Shown piece after piece: positions 57,764-64,000 of a DNA stretch of 64,000 bases. The position numbers and the translations under genes were made by a program. The stretch comes from an uncultured Actinomycetes bacterium (GTDB taxonomy: Bacteria > Actinomycetota > UBA4738 > HRBIN12), in assembly GCA_963749895.1 (NCBI GenBank), contig CAVVOG010000002.1:94511-158510 (forward strand), read 5' to 3'. The number at the start of each line of letters is the position of its first letter. The stretch's first letter is position 1. Under the pieces are notes generated by a model, which did no database searches, was not told the origin of the DNA, and was given only the letters and a program-made list of their open reading frames with translations.

Positions 57764-58933
57764 GTGGAGGACCGCACCTTGCACCGTGCCGTCACGCCGC
57801 TGCTCGCGGCCGCGATGGCGATCTTCGTGTTCACGGTCGTGATCGGGATCTTGAACGGGACCGACGTGTGGAAGCCCGCGCACGGGCCGCTGCTGGCTCA
57901 CGTGCACTCGGGCACGCTCGGCTGGATCACGCTCGCGATCTTCGCCGGGGCGTCCTGGATCGTGGCCGCGCCGCTGCCACGCCTCCTGCGCGACGGGGCG
58001 ATCGTCGCCGTCGTCTTCTACATCGCGATGTTCTGGATCGATTCCGAGCCGCTGCGGCCGGTCGCCGGAACGCTGATGCTGGCAGCGATCGTGTGGTTCA
58101 CGGTCTGGGTGTTCCAGCAGCGGGCCGGACGGACCCGGACGGTGCCGAGGCTGTCGATCGAGCTCGCGGCGGTGAACCTGACGATCGGCGGGATCCTCGG
58201 CGTGCTGCTGGGGCTGGACCTCGCCGGAACGATCGATCTGCCCGAGGGCATCGCGGGAGCCCACCCCGCGATGATGGTGGTCGGGTACCTGATCCTCGCA
58301 GGCGTGGCGATCGCCGAGCAGCTGATGGGCGGTTCGGGAACCCAGGATCTCCCCCGGTCGGGTCAGGTCCAGGCATGGCTCTTCTTCGTCGCGGGGATCG
58401 CGCTGGCCGTCGCCGTGCTGTTCGACATCCAGCCGTTACTGGGCCTGAACCTGCTCGGAGAGATCGTGGGCATCGGCATCCTGCTCGTGCGGAACCGTCA
58501 CGCGATCGTCGCCGCCGGGTGGCCGCGGGCCTCCGCCCGCCTCCACGGCGCGACCTCGATGCTGTTCACGCTCCCGGCCCTCGGCCTGCTCGGCTACCTG
58601 ATCGCGAACTACGCCGACGACGTCGAGGCAGCGCCCCGTGGACTCTTCCTGGCCCTGGACCACGCCACGTTCATCGGCATCCTCACGAACGCGATCCTCG
58701 GGCTCGTGCTGGTCGTCACGGCCGCCCGCAAGGAGGTCTGGGCGTGGGCCGACGGCCTCGTGTTCTGGGGCATGAACGTCGGCCTCACCACGTTCATCGT
58801 GGGATTGGTCGCCGAGGAGGCGGCGATCAAGCGGATCGGGACCCCGGTGATGGGCGCCGCGATCCTGCTCGGGCTGCTGACCGCCGCGGTACGGATGCGG
58901 GCGGAGGCCCGGGTCGTGATCGACACGGCGTGA
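57764..58933 (+). CDS. 12-TM membrane protein with three His-bearing repeats
   Basis: AHVHSGTLGWI, AHPAMMVVGY, DHATFIGI. Confidence 0.75.
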   Translation: MEDRTLHRAVTPLLAAAMAIFVFTVVIGILNGTDVWKPAHGPLLAHVHSGTLGWITLAIFAGASWIVAAPLPRLLRDGAIVAVVFYIAMFWIDSEPLRPVAGTLMLAAIVWFTVWVFQQRAGRTRTVPRLSIELAAVNLTIGGILGVLLGLDLAGTIDLPEGIAGAHPAMMVVGYLILAGVAIAEQLMGGSGTQDLPRSGQVQAWLFFVAGIALAVAVLFDIQPLLGLNLLGEIVGIGILLVRNRHAIVAAGWPRASARLHGATSMLFTLPALGLLGYLIANYADDVEAAPRGLFLALDHATFIGILTNAILGLVLVVTAARKEVWAWADGLVFWGMNVGLTTFIVGLVAEEAAIKRIGTPVMGAAILLGLLTAAVRMRAEARVVIDTA

Positions 58934-58971
58934 CGGCGGACGGTCGTCGGCCGCCTGCGGATCCGTGGCTG

Positions 58972-59187
58972 TCAGTGACCTCCGCAGGCGCACGCGCCGC
59001 CGCACGCGCACCCACCGGCGGATGGCGCCGACCCGAGCGACCCGGTGGCGAACACCGAGAAGCGTCGCCGCACGCGGTCACTTCCGCATGCGGGGCACGC
59101 GACGGCGACATCCACGGAGGACGTGATCGAGCGCGTCACCTCGAACGGACCCTCGCACGACAGACACAGGTACTCGTAGGTCGCCAT
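58972..59187 (-). CDS. FmdB family zinc-ribbon protein
   Basis: MATYEYLCLSC..CPACGS..RRFSVF..CACGGACAC. Confidence 0.88.
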   Translation of the reverse strand: MATYEYLCLSCEGPFEVTRSITSSVDVAVACPACGSDRVRRRFSVFATGSLGSAPSAGGCACGGACACGGH

Positions 59188-59244
59188 CGCGTCGCAGGAT
59201 ACCGGTCGGCGTGCAGCGGCGCGGCGGCCACCGGAACGCCCGGC

Positions 59245-60645
59245 TCACTCCTCGGCGGTGCGAGCCTCGATGATCCGGACCAGTTCGCGGTCGACGTCCT
59301 CGGGCAGGGCAACGGGTTCGTGCTCGGCCCGGATCCGCCGCACCTGCTCCCGTGCGAGCTCCCGCGGGTCGGGTGGGAATCCGAGATCCTCGACGGAGGG
59401 CACCGTCAGGTCGTCGAGCGCCTCGGGTCCTGCCGGACCGTCGATCGGGGGCAGGCCCTCGCACGCGTCGCAGATCGCCCCGAACAGCTCGGCGTCGAGG
59501 ACCACGTTCACGTCGTCGTACACCGAGGCGCCGTGGAGCGTGCCGGTCCCCGTGATCATCTCGGCCCGACCGGCCGCCGCGACCGCCATCAAGGAGACCG
59601 CGTGCTGGACGCCGGCCTGCCAGTCCTGCGTCTTCGCGCCCGTGTCGAGCGACAAGATGTTGATCGGCACCCGGTACCGGTGGGCGAGCTGGGCGAACGC
59701 GAGCTTCAACAGCGTGTCCTCCGGCCCCCAGTCCTGCCGGTAGCTGCCGGCGCGCAGATCCATGAACGTCGGGTACGGCCCGCAGAACGTGACCGCGCCC
59801 GGGACGAGCGCTTCCACGATCGTCATCCCGCCGACCATCTCCGCGTTCATCGACACGAGGGTCCCGGCCAGGGTCGACGGCGCCGTCGCGCACGGGATCC
59901 CCATCGAGATGAACCCCGACGGGAGCCCCCCACGCGCGAACTCGATCGCGGCCTCGATCGGCCCCTCGTCGTACATCAGCGGGCTGATGCAGCACTGGTA
60001 GGTGGACACGATCGGGCGCCGTCGCAGCTCGAGGTCGCCGCCCGCTACGACGCGGGCCATCTCCAGGACGGCCTGCGCGTCACGACGGCTGTAGGTCTCG
60101 TTGTGCTGGGCGTGCTTCGTCGAGTGCCCCAACATCGCGCGAGTGATGTGGACCGCCTGCGTGTGCGGCGGGACGTCGGCGGGCGCGACCGTCGGCCACA
60201 GGTAGCCCACCTCCGGCACGGCGTCGACGACCCGTGTCGTGTCGATCAGGTCCTGGAGCGTCGAGGCGCGACGTCGCCCCGTCTCGGGGTCGACGATCAA
60301 CGCGGCGGTCCCGTCGCCGGAGAGCCAGCCCGCGCTCCCGTCGACCGGCAGGTCCAGGTCGGGGTCGCGGGCGGCCATCAGGAACGACGGCGGCACGAGC
60401 GCCATGCACTCCTCGACCATCGCCGGAGCGAACCGCACCCGCATCTCGGCCTCGTCGACCCGCGCGCCCGCACCGGCGAGCTCTGCACGGATCGCGGCGG
60501 AACGGACCTGGAGGCCCACCTCGTCGAGGACCCGCAGGGTCGCCTGATGGACCCGCTCGACCTGATCCTCGGTGAGGACCTCGATCGTCCACGGGCCACG
60601 GAGCCCACGGATCGTCCGAGGCACGACGTCGGTCGGCGCACTCAT
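59245..60645 (-). CDS. Trimethylamine methyltransferase (MttB superfamily, non-pyrrolysine)
   Basis: VHQATLRVLDEVG, ISPL, ATAPSTLAGTLV, DWQAG; no in-frame TAG. Confidence 0.88.
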   Translation of the reverse strand: MSAPTDVVPRTIRGLRGPWTIEVLTEDQVERVHQATLRVLDEVGLQVRSAAIRAELAGAGARVDEAEMRVRFAPAMVEECMALVPPSFLMAARDPDLDLPVDGSAGWLSGDGTAALIVDPETGRRRASTLQDLIDTTRVVDAVPEVGYLWPTVAPADVPPHTQAVHITRAMLGHSTKHAQHNETYSRRDAQAVLEMARVVAGGDLELRRRPIVSTYQCCISPLMYDEGPIEAAIEFARGGLPSGFISMGIPCATAPSTLAGTLVSMNAEMVGGMTIVEALVPGAVTFCGPYPTFMDLRAGSYRQDWGPEDTLLKLAFAQLAHRYRVPINILSLDTGAKTQDWQAGVQHAVSLMAVAAAGRAEMITGTGTLHGASVYDDVNVVLDAELFGAICDACEGLPPIDGPAGPEALDDLTVPSVEDLGFPPDPRELAREQVRRIRAEHEPVALPEDVDRELVRIIEARTAEE

Positions 60646-62033
60646 CGGGTCGCCTCCTCGATCGCGTGGGTGACGGCCGGGTCGAGGGGTGGCGGTTCGT
60701 GCGACGCCAGGAGGTCGCGGACACGATCGGCCGCGTGCGCCGGTGGTTCCGGCCGCCCCGCCTCCTCCCACGCCTCCCAGGTGCTCGTGTCCATGCACCT
60801 CGACACCCACGCCTCGCGGAAGTGGTGCAGGGTGTGCTGTTCGCCCAGGAAATGCTCCGCGGGTCCGACGTCGGCGATCACCTCGACGGCGAGCGTCTCG
60901 TCGTCCACGTCGAAGCCCGGCGGGATGAACCGGACGAGGTCGAACAGCTCGGCGTCCAACAGCAGCGCGGTGAGCGAGGAGACGCGGCCGTCCGCCCGCT
61001 GACCCGCGCCGGCCAGGACGTCGGGCGGCGACATCCACCCGGCGGTGGCGGCCAGCCCTCCCTCCACCCCGGCTCGCCAATCCGAACCGGCGGCCCTCGT
61101 CGGGAACGCCGGCAGCTGCGACCTGATCCGGACGTCCTCCGCCAGCTGGACCCATGCCATCCGGAGCCGCGGCGGTCCGGGCGCGGAGGCACCGATCGTC
61201 ACGCGGGCGTCGGGCACCAGGAGCCGGAGGCAGACCGCGGCGGCGAGGGAACCGGCGAACGCACGGTCGAGAGGCGCCTCACCGGCCACCACCGTGCAGG
61301 GGATCCCCGCAGAGACGATCGACGCGGCGGCATCGAGCCGCTCGATCACCAGCGGACGATCGAGCGTCACGACCACGGACAGCGGTGGGCGATCGCCCAG
61401 CGCGTCGGGTCCGCCGGCGAGCGCCGACGCGACGGCCACGATCGCCCGTGCCGCGTCGGGGTCGGAGGGCACCTCGACCTGGAGGTGCTTCCCGGTCGCG
61501 GCGACCAACGGGGGCAGGTCACGGACCACATCCGTCGCCGCGACCGGCCCGACCACCCCGATCTGCGGCACCGCGTCGGCGAGTCGGGCGGCCTGCACGG
61601 CGTCGTCGCGGGTCGACGGCCGCCGCTTCCCCGTCTCGAGCTCGTCGACGGTCGCCGCGACCCCGCCGCCACCGAGCCACGCCACGGATCCGTCCAGGGT
61701 CAGGTCACAGGCAGGGTCGCGCCCGGCCAGGACGAACGGCGCCGCCGCGTCCCGGAGCACCGAGTCGACGAGCGAGGCCGGCAGGTGGACCCGCTTGCGT
61801 TCGTCGTCGACGACGGCGGCCGTCGTGCCCAGCCGCGCGCGCGCGTACGCGGACGGGACGACCACCCCGTCGTCGGCCAGGCGACGCTCGACCGCGCCGC
61901 GGATGCGCCCGAGCTCGCCTGCATCCAGCACGGCCACCCGGCTCGCGCGCCACAGCGGCAGCACCCGCGCATCGGGGAGGGACCTCGGGGCTCGGTCCCG
62001 CACGGCGTTGATCGGTTCCACGTTCGCCTCCAC
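60642..62033 (-). CDS. Divergent MttB-superfamily paralog
   Basis: LAGRDP, TGKRRPST, VDDETLAVEVIADVGPAEHFLGEQHTLHHFR; ATGA-coupled to the downstream mttB. Confidence 0.75.
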   Translation of the reverse strand: MEANVEPINAVRDRAPRSLPDARVLPLWRASRVAVLDAGELGRIRGAVERRLADDGVVVPSAYARARLGTTAAVVDDERKRVHLPASLVDSVLRDAAAPFVLAGRDPACDLTLDGSVAWLGGGGVAATVDELETGKRRPSTRDDAVQAARLADAVPQIGVVGPVAATDVVRDLPPLVAATGKHLQVEVPSDPDAARAIVAVASALAGGPDALGDRPPLSVVVTLDRPLVIERLDAAASIVSAGIPCTVVAGEAPLDRAFAGSLAAAVCLRLLVPDARVTIGASAPGPPRLRMAWVQLAEDVRIRSQLPAFPTRAAGSDWRAGVEGGLAATAGWMSPPDVLAGAGQRADGRVSSLTALLLDAELFDLVRFIPPGFDVDDETLAVEVIADVGPAEHFLGEQHTLHHFREAWVSRCMDTSTWEAWEEAGRPEPPAHAADRVRDLLASHEPPPLDPAVTHAIEEATR

Positions 62034-62119
62034 GGTCGGCCGGTCCCGGCCATCGTAGGGAGGGGCCGAGACGCGCCGGGCGGCCATCCATCCCGCAGCC
62101 GCCGGGACCTGCGGCAGGC

Positions 62120-63361
62120 TCAGGTCCCGGTCGGGTCGCCCCAGACCGCCCGCGACCTCGCCGTGTCCACCGGGCCCCGGCCCAGCAGGGGGAACAGCCA
62201 CGCCTTCGTGAGCGCGGCGACCCCGCCCATCGCCGTCAGCACCACCCCGGTGACGCCGACCCCGGCGCCCACGAACCCAGCCCCTCGGAGCGCGAGGAAG
62301 ACGAGTCCGAGGTTCAGCACCGCCACCTGGATCGGCGCCGCCAGCTCGACCGCCGCGAGCGACCGTCGGCGTCGGTCGGGGTGGCCCGGGGTCGCCATCG
62401 GCAACAGGTACGACCAGGCGCCCAGGAGCACCTGGACGAGCCACCCGCCCACGAAGGCGACCAGGAATGTCGTGCGGAACGAATCGAACCCCGATGGACC
62501 ACGGCCGAGCGCGAGCGCGTACAGGACCGACCCGGACACGAACCAGCCGATCCCCGCGATCATGTGCCAGGCGGCGACGGGTGGGCGGAACGAGCGTTCG
62601 ATCCGCAGGGTCGACACGAGCAGCGCGACGACGCCGAGCGCACCCGTCGCGTAGAGGACGCCGCCGACCGTCAGCAGCGGGGTCGACCCCAGGTCCCACC
62701 CCAGCAGCTGCACGAGGAGCCCGACCACGAACAGCACGAGGACCACCCGCCCTCGCCACGGGGCCATCCGCACGCGCAGGACGGTCGGCAACAGGGTGAT
62801 CAGGGTCCCCACGACGGTGAGCGAGGCGAACCCGAGCACGTTCATCGTCATGTGGCCGCGTCGCAGGTGCAGGTAGGTCTCCCCCGTCACGAGCCGGGCG
62901 CCGATCGTGGTTCCGAGCGTCGCCCCGATCAGCACGAAGAAGAGCGCGGCGGCGTAGAACGCGATCGGCAGGGCGTGACGCCGGACGACCGCGCGGCGCC
63001 AGGACCGCGCGAGCATCCACGCCAGGAACCCCATCGCGACGGCGACGCAGCCACCGCCGGCCCCGGTGAGCCACGGGGTCGACGTGGACATCCCGACCGC
63101 GACCGCCGCCGCGCCCGTCGTGAGCAGCGCGAACTGCGTCCAGGTCGTCCATGTGGGAGGGGCAGGCGTGGCGGTGAGCGCGAGCATGAAGTTCTGCATC
63201 GCGCCCGAGATCGCCGTGGCGACCGCACCGACGAGGGCCAGGTGGATCGGGAGCCACCAGCCCAACCGTCGCTCCGGCGGCAGCAGGAGCGCGAGCCCGG
63301 CGAGCGTGAGCCAGATGCGCGCCGCGGTCTGATACACCGAGGTGACGGCGCGGGGCTTCAT
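62120..63361 (-). CDS. Multi-TM His-bearing membrane protein (NnrS-like or copper-oxidase-associated)
   Basis: WLPIHLALVG and HMTMNVLGFASLTVVGTLITLLPTVLR. Confidence 0.7.
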   Translation of the reverse strand: MKPRAVTSVYQTAARIWLTLAGLALLLPPERRLGWWLPIHLALVGAVATAISGAMQNFMLALTATPAPPTWTTWTQFALLTTGAAAVAVGMSTSTPWLTGAGGGCVAVAMGFLAWMLARSWRRAVVRRHALPIAFYAAALFFVLIGATLGTTIGARLVTGETYLHLRRGHMTMNVLGFASLTVVGTLITLLPTVLRVRMAPWRGRVVLVLFVVGLLVQLLGWDLGSTPLLTVGGVLYATGALGVVALLVSTLRIERSFRPPVAAWHMIAGIGWFVSGSVLYALALGRGPSGFDSFRTTFLVAFVGGWLVQVLLGAWSYLLPMATPGHPDRRRRSLAAVELAAPIQVAVLNLGLVFLALRGAGFVGAGVGVTGVVLTAMGGVAALTKAWLFPLLGRGPVDTARSRAVWGDPTGT

Positions 63362-63532
63362 CGGCTCCGAAGTCTAGGCGCGAAGCGGTGACTCCATCAC
63401 GAGACGTTCCGGTCACCAGACCGCGCGTCAGGAACGTTCTGTCTCGTCATGAGACCATCTTGTCGACGCAACGTTGACGACTCCCCCCTTTCGAGCGTCC
63501 ACTATCGGGAGCGAAGGAGAGAGGGAGCCCGA

Positions 63533-64000
63533 GTGAAGCTCGACGCGCTCGACCGCGCGATCCTCGACGTCCTCCAGGAGGACGGACGGATCTCGGTCCA
63601 GCGGCTCGCCGACCAGGTCGGGCTGTCGCGCCCCGCCGCGTACGCGCGTGTGCGGAAGCTCGAGTCCTCCGGCGTGATCGCCCGCTATGCCGCCGTCGTC
63701 GACCCGCAGGCCGCCGGGTTCGATCTGCTGTGCTTCATCGGGGTACGCGTCGCGGTCCATTCTCACGACGTCGTCGAGCGGACCCGTGAGGCGCTCGCGG
63801 CCCTGCCTCAGGTCCTCGAGTGCCACCACGTCACCGGCCAGTTCGACTACCTGCTGAAGGTGGCTCTGCGCAACCGGACCGAGCTCGAGCGGTTCATCGT
63901 CGAGCGCCTCACGGCCGTGCCAGGGATCGAGCGCATCAACACCTCGCTCGTCCTGCACGTGGCGAAATCGACGACCGCGTTCCCGATCGACGATGACCAT
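63533..64000 (+). CDS. Lrp/AsnC family regulator (stop codon beyond window)
   Basis: Not in the ORF track; LDALDRAILDVLQEDGRIS..LADQVGLS..ECHHVTGQFDYLLKV. Confidence 0.92.
   Translation, partial: MKLDALDRAILDVLQEDGRISVQRLADQVGLSRPAAYARVRKLESSGVIARYAAVVDPQAAGFDLLCFIGVRVAVHSHDVVERTREALAALPQVLECHHVTGQFDYLLKVALRNRTELERFIVERLTAVPGIERINTSLVLHVAKSTTAFPIDDDH

Noticed and set aside
2022-61002. Very long alternative ORFs (e.g. 2022..4562, 5539..8628, 18038..21226, 25855..28473, 43389..46205, 57868..61002)
   Set aside because: They are antisense or off-frame shadows of real genes in high-GC DNA, Arg/Pro-rich and without motifs; only the 3' ends of some are real genes.
59245-62033. Pyrrolysine recoding in the MttB genes
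   Set aside because: There is no in-frame TAG; the equivalent positions are ordinary residues.
1-64000. CRISPR array, rRNA or intact IS/prophage
   Set aside because: By eye I found no spaced direct repeats, cas, transposase or phage structural genes.

Overview
Very GC-rich, densely coding bacterial chromosomal segment, most likely an Actinomycetota genome or MAG (F420-type Ddn nitroreductase, LigC/PrimPol pair, pervasive leaderless starts). It carries about 60 genes and one tRNA-Arg(CCT). Modules: (1) an ECF sigma / ZAS anti-sigma / ABC operon ending in a histidine kinase whose sensor is a copy of the anti-sigma membrane domain (1800-6776); (2) a membrane-lipid cluster with a degenerate PAP2-kinase fusion, a Cys-rich lipoprotein, two intact PAP2 phosphatases and a UPF0104 flippase-like protein (17520-22332), with a second paralog in which the lipoprotein domain is fused on (48505-50583); (3) a sulfur/persulfide cluster (ArsR, FeS-NrfD fusion, Tat-less molybdoenzyme, TorD, DsrE, TusA, SulP, PDO-rhodanese, CstR-like; 23045-32891); (4) PrimPol-LigC; (5) a MerB-like gene with an in-frame UGA at the catalytic Cys position followed by a SECIS-like hairpin (probable selenoprotein); (6) a tRNA-adjacent integrase remnant; (7) tandem SulP-STAS-cNMP genes; (8) nrfHA with a CXXCH heme-1 variant, a Crp/Fnr regulator with a perfect CRP box, His-bearing membrane proteins and two MttB-family methyltransferases. 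About seven single-base frameshifts in otherwise intact genes suggest long-read indel errors. All product calls come from motif recognition by eye, without database searches.
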